A stretch of 64,000 nucleotides of DNA. Source: Owenia fusiformis. Taxonomy: Eukaryota. The translations under genes and the position numbers were made by a program. The stretch covers positions 16,926,001 to 16,990,000 of the forward strand of contig CAIIXF020000001.1 of NCBI GenBank assembly GCA_903813345.2, in the 5' to 3' direction. This document shows positions 1 to 12,210 of this stretch, piece by piece; the first letter of the stretch is position 1, and the number at the start of each line of letters is the position of its first letter. The notes beneath the pieces were generated by a model that worked only from the letters and a program-made list of their open reading frames with translations, had not been told where the DNA came from and searched no databases.

Positions 1-2149
1 ATTCTCAATAAACTTGATGACTTTAACTGAGTAATGGCCCGATATTATCAAACTAGTATATTAGATAGATATTGATTTTTAAGATGTGAATTAGACATAT
101 AGTCTAATAACTCTAAATTCATACAAAATAAAATGCATAAGTTTCAAAATCTAACATGGCTCTTGAAGTGAGTAACTTAAGTAAACTTGAATACGGATGT
201 TTAGATCATAAAAGAACATTGTTGCAATTTGATGCTAAATGTATATAAAATGTTGGCATTTGTACTTTCTTATTTCTAGTAGAAAACTACAAAATGAAAA
301 GTGATATTTTTGTGTCATTTGAAATAAGCCCTTAATCTAATTTAACAAAAGGCTGTCTTAGCATTAGTCATAAACAAGTCAAGGTTTAGTCCAAAGTCTA
401 CATCATGTGCTATACTTTAACAAACAGAAATCAGAATTTATTTTTAGTTACTAACATTTTATATAATGTTAGTTTTCTTCCTGGTTTTATGTGTAAAGGT
501 AAAAAACGGAAATGTATTTTTTATTTCAGATCTATACTATTAGTAAATCATATTGCCTTTGTACACGTACATATCTCTATATATATACATACATATACCT
601 TTGCAGGCTTATGCTAGTATATTGAAGCTGTCTGCCGGTCTAATCAATATCCTTGCTTCAGAAATGTTAGCAAACTAGCTAGTACAGAGCTCTGCGTTAA
701 AATAGAAAGGAGAAAGTAGAGAAATCACTTCATCAAATGGATGCCTTCCATATAGCGGGTGTCATGTTTGCGAGTCATGGGGCACTCATTTTTAATCAGT
801 TTAAGTTTGTAGAAAATTTAATTTATTACTTTTTCCAGGAACTATTAAATTGTAGAAAATATACATGAATATACGGATCTTATTTAACATATGTTGTAAC
901 CATTAAAAAGGATAAAATTCAATTACACGTAAATGTTTTTCTTATTACTGTGCCTGTATACCTTTGAGGGTTTCAAGTGAATTGTATTAGGTGTGCTTAA
1001 GGACAATCTGTACTTTCTACCATTTTGATGACTGTGTGCTTTTTTAAGATGAACACAACAATCATAGGCTAAATCTTTCATTTTTATTATTATAAAAAGG
1101 TACTTTAGTGTACCCAGATTATTAATTGAGTGTTATTTTTTTTCTTGAGAATGCGGTCTTCTTTTCAAAATTACAAAAACTTCTCATCATGCAAATGCAG
1201 ATGTATATTGTAACCTTTTGGTATAAATAAGTCTATATCTTTATTTTATTTTGTTTATCAAACAAACAATTAATTACTTGTACTTCAAATGTTATTTGTG
1301 TCTTTGGAAGATTGCCTATTTTTCATATACTGTACTTCAGTTTTAGTTATTGTTTTAGTGTTATTTGAGAACACCCCTCTTTAGTTGACATTTTCCTCAT
1401 GGTTCTCTACCAACAATGTAGTATAGTGTGATAGTTTCCTACATGTATATTGCATGTGAAATCTACAAACTGGTGTTAGAGGATAGTTTTGGTTTTGTTT
1501 CCTTTCTACATCTCAAACTCTGTAGGTGGACTTTGTAACATTGAACTCTACACTTTTTGTTCAGGGTATGTAAAATATGCAAATCCATTCTCTAAAGGAT
1601 ATATTTTTCATGTAAACGCATGTTATTTTAAAAGTATGTCATCAGAGAAATCATTTACATTTTATGGCCTGTTCTTGGCATGTTGTCTGGTTTATCATGA
1701 ATAGCTGCTTAATGTATGTGAGCTGGATGTATCCTTATAGGATTTATGAGTGATAAGGTGTCTATGTTTCCAGCAAATTCATGCATTGGCTTTTGAAAGA
1801 TTGATCTAGTGTTTTCGTGGCAAAAAAATTAAACATTATACCATACATTTAGCTCTGCCTATAACTATAAATCCTAAGATTGCAAGGCTAACATCTATAG
1901 CTTTTATTTGTGCATTTTACTAAGACTAAAAAGTGGAAGCAAACAAGAGTAAGACATTCAGCATGCCAGCATGTTCCTTATCATAAAAAAATACTATCTA
2001 AAAAAAGTGACACCTGATCCTCATGACATCAAAAATAGGTGCAATCAAAAAAGATTGATATGCAGAAATGTTCAGATTCATAATTTCATAATTGTTGAAA
2101 TAGGGGATGTCCTAGTGTAGTTGACTACTTAGAAGCATATTACACTTCC

Positions 2150-2523
2150 TTAAATGACAATTTTGCTAATCAGTGGCCATTTTGAAAAATGGTGGACATT
2201 TTGACATATGTTATTTTACATTTTTGCTATAACTGGAAAAGTAAAAGAGCGATTTTGTTGATTTTTTTTATTTGAACATATTACATTTTCCAATGACATT
2301 TTTACTACTAAGCAGCCATTTTGAAACATACTGGCCATTTTTATATGTGTTATTTTACATTTTTTTGCCAGCTAAAAAAGTAGTGGAACTATTTTGTTGT
2401 GTCATTAGTTATAAGCATATTACACTGTCTAATGACAAATTGGCTAATGCCATTTCCAAAAATGGCAGCCATGGCTGTTTGATGGTAATTGCTACGCTTT
2501 GGTGTTGCTAGTGTTATCCAGTT
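2150..2523 (+). mobile_element. 3' fragment of a Helentron-like (HINE) element
   Basis: GCCATTTTGAAA core motifs; end gctacgctttggtgttgc...ccagtt matches the reverse complement of the 54632 element terminus. Confidence 0.5.
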
Positions 2524-2614
2524 GAACTTTTAAATCAATGTTATATCAATTACCCTGCATGCAGAGTCTAGTTAAACTACACTCTGCCTAGTAGAGACCA
2601 TATTACAGTTTAGT

Positions 2615-2930
2615 AGCCCCGCCCCCACGACGGGTACCGGTGACAGTTTGGGTAATAAATCACTTCTGACCTACGCACTGACCTTTCTTCCACTAATCAG
2701 CGAGCTTGAAGAAACATACGCCAAATGTGTTCTAATTGAATACGCGCGTGTCATTGGTCAATTCCGGGCTCAACGATGACGTCAGAAGGAATGACCATAT
2801 ATAGAACGTCGGTCAAATTTGGCCGACGAATACTGATTGGCGCGGTGAGTTCAGAGGTTTATTTAAGTTTGAAAGAGTGAAGACGAAGCTCTCTTTTAAG
2901 AAGTGAAGTCAAACGAATGCAAAGGGTATA
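2615..2930 (+). promoter_or_regulatory. Probable l(3)mbt promoter and non-coding first exon
   Basis: Locally CpG-rich patch in AT-rich DNA; TGACGTCA (CRE) 2777-2784; ATTGG (inverted CCAAT) near 2753 and 2836; TTGGCGCGG (E2F-like); candidate donors G|gtgagt at 2845 and G|gtatat near 2926; the first coding exon has an acceptor upstream of its ATG. Confidence 0.5.
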
Positions 2931-4429
2931 TATCAATTATGATGAAATGCTTATCATGATTGTCATAGGCATTAAATGCTTTAATAAGACCTTTTTTTAT
3001 GTAAATGCCCATGTTTAGTACATCATGTAAATATTGACTTCAGTAAAATATACTGTTTATTTAATTCCAACATTTTGTGTCCTTGAGTTAGCGATAACAT
3101 TTTGACGTCAGTTGATCCAAATGTAAATTCCTGGCCATATATCAATATCATGTTTCAAGTCATGTTCTTGGTCATGGTTTGAGCAACTCCTTTGGTTTTA
3201 TAACCATTTTATTGCTAAAATGTGACTGAATTGAACCATTTTATTGCTAAAATGTGACTGAATTGTGAGAGGGGCTTCTGTCTGAAAAATCACCAATAAC
3301 TGGGTAAGATTTCATAAATCCAACAGACCAATCATCATTTTTTGGGCCAAAACTTGTAAACGAAGATCCTCTGAATTTTTTTAATGTACCAAGGTTGAAG
3401 ATTGAAGGAATAACTTAACTACAAATATAACATTATTCAACATGAATAGTTTATTAACGTCAGTGAAGGAGAAAATGCACAATGTGAACTGAATTATTAT
3501 AAAAACAGTCTAGATTTTCCACTTGTCATTAGAAACTGGCAAGGGAAAGATATTAGATGTATAAGTGATGTATTAACTAGAACTGAAATCTGTTGAAATA
3601 AAAAAGCATATAATAATTTTAAGTCTCAAAAACATTTTTTGGTTTCGATCTGATAGCACACATTGGAAACTAAATTGGAAACGCTGATCTGAAAACTAAC
3701 AAGGGGGATCAAATTTCAAATCTTTCTCAGACCAGGGGCGTTGCCAACTTTCATTCAGGGGGTTGCGATCGCCAAAAAAGATTCGGTGCGACTGTGGGTG
3801 CGATTGTGGCATAAACAAGCCAAAAAATTAAGATTTTTCTTGAATTTTACAAAAATTGGTGCAAAATTGAGCTAGAAGCTTCAAATGAAAAGCATTTTAA
3901 AGCTCTTTTCTTCTATCTCACATATTTTCATTGGTTATAGGGGGAGGGCTATGCCTATGCAGACTGATAATGAAACATTACAGTATTATTAGAAAGATTT
4001 TCTAAGGTTTGAGTGTATAGTGCATTAGTTTGAAAATTATTTTTAGTATTACAGATGGTAAAATTTTTTAGTATTACAGATGGCATTCTCTGTCATACTC
4101 ACCCACAAGGCCATTCCTATTTGAAAATTAATCAGGTTGTTCTGTACATGTTTTTGTAAATGTAGAGGTTAAACTAATTGAACTAGTGATGTGATGAAAA
4201 TGATATACAGCTATACAGTATTTTACTTATTTATTCTTCAAAATAAATAATGTAAAAAACATTTAAAAATGACGACAGATTTCCTGTGTTTTATTGTATT
4301 GTGAATACTGGTGTTAAAATTCGGAACCTTTGTCACAGTATTAGTCTTTGTATGCGCATTGAATTGCTGAGTTAGGGATAAAGGAATTTTTCAGATAAGC
4401 CTTAATTAAGCTGTTTCCTCCTGTTCATC

Positions 4430-6790
4430 CTGCAATTGTTTTGATGAGTTCAAATGATGAAACATATATTCCTGCATACGTTTTCACTTGTTGAGAACTT
4501 GTCAACATTACCATTTACTTATTATTGAGGTGTTTAACAGGGGTCCACAAAAATTAAAAAATATTAGATTTTGATATTTTTGAAGTTTACAACGGATTAT
4601 CTACTTATGAATCAGATTTTGGGAAGGTTATTAGCATGACATGCTTTTATCTAGCATGATTTTATCTGTTTAATTGAAAATAAGATCGTCTGTCTGATTA
4701 TATTTTGCATTCAAAATGATTAAAAATAATTGTTCCATTAAGTTCACTTTCTTTTAACATCATCTTGTTTTTTGTTGATCCGCCAATTGTTTTGATATCT
4801 TTAAATGATAAAACATATATTCCTACATACGTTTTCACTTGTTGAACACTTGTCAACATTACCATTTACTTATTATTGAGGGGTTTGACAGGGGTCCACA
4901 AAAATTAAAAAATATTAGATTTTGATATTCTTGAAGTTTACAACGGATTTTCTACTTATGAATCGGTTTTGGGAAGCTTATTAGCATGACCTATTGATTT
5001 TTTCTGTTTAATTGAAAATAAGATTGTTTGTCTGATTATATTTTACATTCAAAATGATTAAAAATAATGGTTCCATTTAGTTCACTTTCTTTTAACATCA
5101 TCTTGTTTTTGTTGATCCGCCAATTGTTTTGATATGTTTAATTGATAAAACATATATTACTACATACATTTTCACCTGTTGAGGACCTGTCAACATTACC
5201 GTTTACTTATTATTGAGGGGTTTAACAGGGGTCAAGAAAAATATTAGATTTTGATATTTTTGAAGTTTACAACAGATTATCTACTCATTAATCGGCTTTT
5301 GGAAAGTTTATTATCCCATCGAACGAAGTTCAGTAGGGATAGAGTGAAGCCCTCCCTCCGTCCGTCAGTCCGTCAGTCAGTCAGTCCATCCGTTCATCTG
5401 TCTGGAAGATAACCTGAATACTAGTAGACAGATTTTCTTCATATTTGGTGGAAAGATGTATATTGGTGAATAGTAATACGCAAAAAAAATTCAAGATGGC
5501 CGCCAGTTTAAAAATGGCAGAAATTTTACGCAAAAATCTTATGTTTTTCATTTTAAACCAAAATAAGAAACATTATTATTTGAAATATTGGTAGTATATT
5601 AACGATAGCTATCTATTTCACATATATCCTGGATATTTCACCCTGACCCCCAGGGGCCGTAAATGGGGGGGGGGGGTTGGGAAAACACAAATTTGCATTA
5701 ATTTTGAGATGTTTTTGAAGTGTAGTTTTATTATACTCAAATGAAAGGCAATTTAGAGTAGATTGCAAATATTGTAGCGTTTTTCTGATTCGGGCCTCAA
5801 AAAATTCAAAATGGCTGTCTAATGCGGGATTTTGCAATTATTATATTTCTTAAAAGTATGGCTATATTATACTCAAATTGAAGGAATTTCAGAGTAGATC
5901 ACAATTATGGCAGTGTTTTTCGGATTTATGCCTCTGAAAATTCAAAATATCCGACTAGAGCAGAAATTCGCCATTACTTAGAGTCATCTTTAAAGTATGG
6001 TTACAATGATCTAAAATATCTATTGAAGGAAAGAGTAGATGGTAAATATTACATTGTGACTGTACAGATTGATGATTTATATGGTGTTCGTTGGGATTTG
6101 CTACTCCGTGAAGTTGCCATTTTCTAATTAGTATGACGTATTGATCTTATCTGTTTAATTGAAAATAAAATCGTCTGTCTGATAATATTGTGCATTCAAA
6201 ATGATTAAAAACAATGATTCCATTTACAGTTCATTTTCTTTTAACATCATCTTGTTTTTTGTTGATCCGCCAATTGTTTTGATGTTTAAATGATAAAACA
6301 TATATTCCTATATACATTTTCACCTGTTGAGGACCTGTCAACATTACCATCTCCTTATTATTGAGGGGTTTAACAGGGGTCAACAAAAATATTAGATTTT
6401 GATATTTTTGAGGTTCACAACAGATTATCTACTCATTTATCGGCTTTTGGAAAGTTTATTAGTATGACATATTGATTTTAGCTGTTTAATTGAAACTAAG
6501 ATCGTCTGTCTGACTATATTTTGCATTCAAAATGATAAAAAATAATGGTTCCATTTAGTTTCACTTTATTTTAACATCATCTTGTTTTTCGTTGATCCGC
6601 CAATTGTTAAATGATATGTTTATTTGATAAAACATATATTCCTACATACGTTTTCTTCCGTTGAGGACCTGTCAACATTATCGTTTACTTATCATTGAGG
6701 GGTTTAACAGAGGTCCATAATAATGAAAAACATTAGATATTGACACTTTTGAAGTCTACAACGAATTATCTACTTATGAATCGGCTTTTG
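4430..6790 (+). repeat. Tandem array of a 330-350 bp unit, about 4.5 copies, interrupted by a HINE
   Basis: Unit start caattgttttgat...acatatattcctacatac...gtcaacattacc recurs near 4433, 4783, 5121, 6270 and 6600. Confidence 0.9.
5311..6128 (+). mobile_element. Helentron-associated non-autonomous element (HINE) inserted in a satellite unit
   Basis: 5' hairpin cccatcgaacgaagttcagtaggga, TCCG/TCAG microsatellite, AAAATGGC cores, 3' subTIR gttcgttggga and terminal hairpin; splits ggaaagttta/ttagtatgac at TT; same family as 54632-55752. Confidence 0.8.
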
Positions 6791-8853
6791 CATTTAAATT
6801 ATAATCTAAGATGAATTAAGAATTTATTCCCGCTATTTATAAAATTAGATTTTAACATCAATAAAGCATATGATATGATGTGGGGTGAAAGGATATATGA
6901 TTTTTGCAATACAGGCTATCTCTGCAAGCACATAACTTTAGTAATAGATTATTTTATTTAGTAGAAAATAGAATATCCCATGAGGCAATGCTAGAACCCA
7001 AACGCTCTATATTGAAATTAATAAATGCCGCCTCGCCCAATATTTTTTTCTCGAATAGGTATTCTGCCATATCAAGCTCCTGATCATCCAGTATTTGTTT
7101 AATATTGCCCGCAGAAATTAGGTTATTAGTATTACCACAGTTAATGCCCAGAGCTGAAATAGCAAAAATTATATGCATTGAAAGATATGTCATTTCCCGG
7201 GGAAAATTGCCGGGCGTTAATGCATAATTGGCCCGCAACTATGGCCCGCCACTATGACGTCACATATTGCTCAGATCAATAAAGTAACATAAATGCCTTC
7301 TAAACTAGCACTAATACCCCTATAACACTCCCGGCAAGGTGGTAATAATAGTAATTGATCTGGGTACTATCCACAAAAATGTTCATCTTTTTGAATTAGA
7401 CTTGAATTAAATCTTCAATAAATGAAAATCTGAACCATTTTAAGATATTCGAAAAATTCAGAAACTGCAAATAATTCAATTATAACTATTTAAAACAATT
7501 TAGATTGCTAGGATATGATAATAACCTTAAAAGTAAACATTTGATTAGTTATACCAATCATTGTGATTTTAGAGCCCAAATATTATCTCGTTTTACAGTT
7601 TCAGTTGTATAAATCTTCTTGCTGTCAACGTATTTATAATACTCTACACTTATTTAGTGCCTGTTTATAATGATACCGACATTATTGTAATATTGAAATC
7701 ATATGAGTAATAAAGATCCCCAAGTGGAGGTCAATGTCCCCCCCCCCATTTGTGACATGGCCTCGTACGAATTAGGTTGTAGACATCAGGATGAAACCTG
7801 TTTTCATGATTTATACACCTTAATGATGTAATTTAATCGTAACAATGTACTAGCTTTCCATCTAAGAACTATCCGGAAAAATATTTAATTTTCGTAAAAT
7901 AGACCCCTGCTGAAATCGTTCATAAATGAAGTTCTGTAACCTTGTATGGTGCACAAAAATTCACGAATGGTCAATGATATAATCCTAACTAGCAAAAGCA
8001 AATTAAAAACATAAGGCTGTAACAATAAGTTTAAAAAAAATTATACAGTGTTTGATGAGGTATACCCCCCACTGTGAACTTGGATTCCATTTTGATCTAA
8101 CTTTTCAATTGAAATTTTACATTATGCTCTTGATATATAATAATTCATACTTTTTGCACTAATTTATTATCTATTTACAAGAAATCTTTTAAAATGATTA
8201 TTTCTTTAAAAAATGGACCCCTGCTTAAATCTCAAATAAATGATAAATGGTAATGTTGTGTGGTTCTCAACAAGCAATACCATATTCAATGATATTAAAT
8301 CTATCAATGTAATCTATAAAAATGATTGCAACTTGAACAGGAGGTAATTTTAAAATTATTGTCAATTCCTTTAACACTAAGTAGCAGACTCAATCAATAA
8401 TTGGTTATGTTGACATAAAAGATATAACATTTGCATTATTTATGACACATGCTGCAATGACATTATCTAATTTATCTAAATAAATGTAATCCTTAAATAA
8501 AATTGTATTGGCTCATATAATGAGCCTAATGATATTTGACATATCATCGCTATTTCCAGTCACTTAGCTTTTTGGGAACTTAATATGTGATTTTGACATA
8601 CAAAATCAGTTTTCTTTTATTCACAACTTATTTTATTTCCAGTGGTGTTGAGCAATTAAATTAAATCGACTTCACTTAACATTTCTCACTTTTTAGACAA
8701 GATGATCCTTTTAGCTTGTCAAGCTTTTCTGAGTAGAATTTGCTGTATTACGTATGAAGAATAAATATATGGAAAAAAAAAATAAAAAAACAAAAATAAA
8801 AAACTTATTTTATTTGAAATCTCAGAATGTTTCAAATCCTATTTTGATCCTTT

Positions 8854-10346
8854 CACGCCTAACCATCGCGTAAGCAGGCGTCACCGTACAGCGTCAAAAA
8901 ATCCAGTAGTACAGTTTTCTGTACGGTGACGGTAATTAACTGAGTTGAAGCAAAAACTATAATGAGGGTTTTAAAAAAATTAATTAGATGAAAATAAATA
9001 CGATTTCGGGTGTAATGAAAACAGCATTCTCTTAGGAATGGTTTTAACTTTCTAATTATGATAAAAGTTTTTCGAGCACTGCTCGGATTTTTTCTGACTG
9101 GATCGGCCCACATAATCGACTCGAGAGAAAAATGGTGTTTTTTTCACTTTTCGTTTGGTTATTATTTTCCCTGTCGTCTGAGAATATGGATTATTTTTAT
9201 GAGAATATGTATTTGTTATCTACACATTTTAGAACAGATGAATATTCGGCAAATAATCATTCAGTGTATTTATTTAAAAAAGATCAGAACTGTACGGTGA
9301 CGCATCAGCTGTACGGTGACGCTTCCTTAGATTTTATGAAGTGCTCTAGGCTTACTGTTCGAACAAGAGATAAAGAAGCGTCAGATCTACATGTATATTA
9401 TCACTGGTGAGTATCAAGCGAATGTTACAGCCGTCACCTTCGCATTTAAGATGGCGGACAGGAAGTATTAATTTCGATATTTTTAGTTTTCATGGAATTA
9501 ACTATTTGAAAGTTGACGTAATGCTTTGGTATCATTTGAACTAAACCAGGCTTTTCTCATATGACTAACAAAGATAGCCTACACAGCCGTCTTCACCCCA
9601 TGCAAGATATTGCATCTTTCATCCTAAAAAGTCACACGTGCAAGATGAGATTTACTTGTGACATCCCTTGTTTTAAAACATCAATAACATATAGCAACAA
9701 GAGAGTTTTTGGTTTCATGATCTTTAGGCTTACCGTATCATACATTTCCAGTAACCTTCCATTAAGCTGTGGAAGATATCGTTGACCTGTAGCGCCCATG
9801 CACTATATATGAACAAATGATCATACTCCAGAGTTTCCATTTCATACAATCTTAGTCTCATTTAGTTCATCAAAGCATAGCGTCACCGTACAGCTGGTGC
9901 GTCACCGTACAAATTTGATCTTTTTTGAATATACATAATAAATGGTTGTTTGCTGAATCTTCGCCCGTTCTAAAATGTGTAAGTAACAAATACATATTCT
10001 CATAAAAATAATCCATACTCTCAGACGGTAGGGAAAATAATAACCAAACAAAATGTAAAAAAAATCCTTTTTTCACTCTGGTCGATTATGTGGGCCGATT
10101 CACTCAGAAAAAATCCGAACAGTGCTCGTAAAACGTTTATCATAATCAGAAAGTTAAAACCATTTCTAAGAGAATGCTGTTTTTATTTCACATGAAATCG
10201 TATTAGTTTTCATCAAATTAATTTTTTTAAACCCTTGTCATAGTTTTTGCTTCAAAGCAGTTAATTTGCGTTACCGTACAGAAAACTGTACTCCGCTATT
10301 TTTTGACGCTGTACGGTGACGCCTGCTTACGCGATGGTAAGGCGTG
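8854..10346. mobile_element. Non-autonomous foldback DNA transposon with about 470-bp TIRs, CAC...GTG ends and 5-bp TSD CCTTT (Transib-like)
   Basis: CCTTT|CACGCCTAACCATCGCGTAAGCAGGCGTCACCGTACAGCG ... CGCTGTACGGTGACGCCTGCTTACGCGATGGTAAGGCGTG|CCTTT; arms about 8854-9325 and 9878-10346. Confidence 0.88.
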
Positions 10347-11873
10347 CCTTTATCAACTGTAATAAAATTGAATTGAAGCACCACAAAACAATTAGATAAA
10401 ACCGATAATACGTCATATTGATTCCCCAAAAATTCATCCCAAATTCAATTCAGTTTTATTACAGTTGATAAAGGATCCAGATAGGATTCGAAATGTTCTG
10501 TGATTTCAAATAATAAAGGTTGTGAACAGGCCATTTTGTGAATACAACCAGTGAAAATCGCCTGTTGCCTGCTGCTAATGAAAACCCTGCTAATGGTGAA
10601 AGCCTTCATAATTCCCCGTTCTGTGGCATGTAACAAGTAAGTTTGCAAAATAATGCAGACTATATCTTGGGGTTATAGGTATTTTCTAATGATCAGGTGT
10701 ATTTTTAAGGCTAATTCATTATCTCCAGGAAAAGTACATGTACAAAGATGTTAAAGTCAATTGGGGTTTCTAGATAATGAAGGATCTATCAACACATCAT
10801 CACCCAACTTAGTTCAAGTTTCAACATAGTAGCAAACTGTTTTTTTTTATTTTTAATGTTTAATGGAGTTTCCATTAAACATTAAAAATAAAAAAATCTC
10901 GAGTTAAATGAGTTTTGAAATATGATTCATGGAAAAATTTAATCAATTCGAATGAATTGAAAACTAACATTCTCCATGCTGTTTTCTTAATAGGATTAGT
11001 CAGGCTGTAATTGTTTTCACCAAAAACCTTTTTTAAATCTTTTAAATCCCTATCAGAGACATATTCTTTTTTTAAAAATCAAGTGTTATTGTGTATTAAC
11101 CTAATGGTTTCACTTATTATATTATTATTAAGTAGTGGAGATGATATAAATTTAGAACAATCTTTGCAATTCAGTTTTTGTAATTCAAGCTAAATGCTAA
11201 ATATATTAAGGCATAAAGCATTATGCTTAAATAGAGCAAGAGATGACCTGATATTTAATGCCACTTTGCACATAATTTCACCAATTGTGTGTAAATAGTC
11301 CAAATATAAATGTGATTTTTGAAGCGAGACCACAAAACATATTTTTAAACTGTTGATTCTATACATCTTTTTGATGAACTTGAACATAAACCCATACAAC
11401 CAAACTGCAACTATAATTTTTTATGATAATAAAGTTATGTTCTCACAAAATTTTGATGGCCAAACTTATTGACTCCTCCATAGATGTCTTATGGAATATT
11501 TCCAATTTTGAATGAAACAGAACATATATTTCAGGTAGCTATGGCAACTCTATCGGAAAGTCCAATACTTGATTAGAAAATGGGACTCGTGATATGATTT
11601 TAATCCACTCATGGATATTGATATCTGTACTCTCTTGCTACGCTCGCTCGTGCAGATATCATATCAACTCGTGGATAAAAATCATATCACTCATAAATCA
11701 TAGGATATCCTCTATTTGTACCAAAAAATACCAATCAGAGATTAACAACCCTCTATTATCATATTTTCTTTCAGAGTTGATCGGCGTTGTGCATGATGAA
11801 ATATTGAACAAGTCATAAACCCCCCCACAATATACTCACACTGGGATACTACACGAATATCTTACTGTAAATC

Positions 11874-12210
11874 ATGGACTCTGTAACTGATATTAAAGAT
11901 ACAATGACTGAAAACAGTGACCCAGCAGGTGTAAATAAGGCTGTTGATGGTGAGGAAAAGAAGCCACCACTTGAAGAAAAGACAAATGGGAACGAGACTG
12001 AAGAGGAACCTAAGGGTGTATCAGACTCTGGAGGCACATCTACAGAATTAGAAAAGCCTGACAAAAACGAGTCATCTAATGATCCTTCAACATCTGATGC
12101 ATCAGGTGGCATTAACAAACAGAGCAAAGACAGCTGCAGCTCAAGCCCAGACAACATTGAAAAATCTGAAGAGAATAAGGAAAAAATAACAGATGAAGTG
12201 AAACCTGATG
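11874..12210 (+). CDS. L3MBTL3: l(3)mbt first coding exon (acidic, low-complexity N-terminus); exon starts at about 11775
   Basis: Acceptor ttttctttcag ends at 11774, ATG at 11874 (atcATGg), donor G|gtaagt after 12210. Confidence 0.8.

Noticed and set aside
6954-7238. 94-aa minus-strand ORF in the core of the intron-1 foldback
   Set aside because: Non-ATG start, no recognisable domain and no convincing splice sites; I cannot support it without a homology search.
8859-10076. Similar ORFs on opposite strands (9132-9410 + and 9870-10076 -) as duplicated genes
   Set aside because: They are the two arms of one non-coding foldback transposon.
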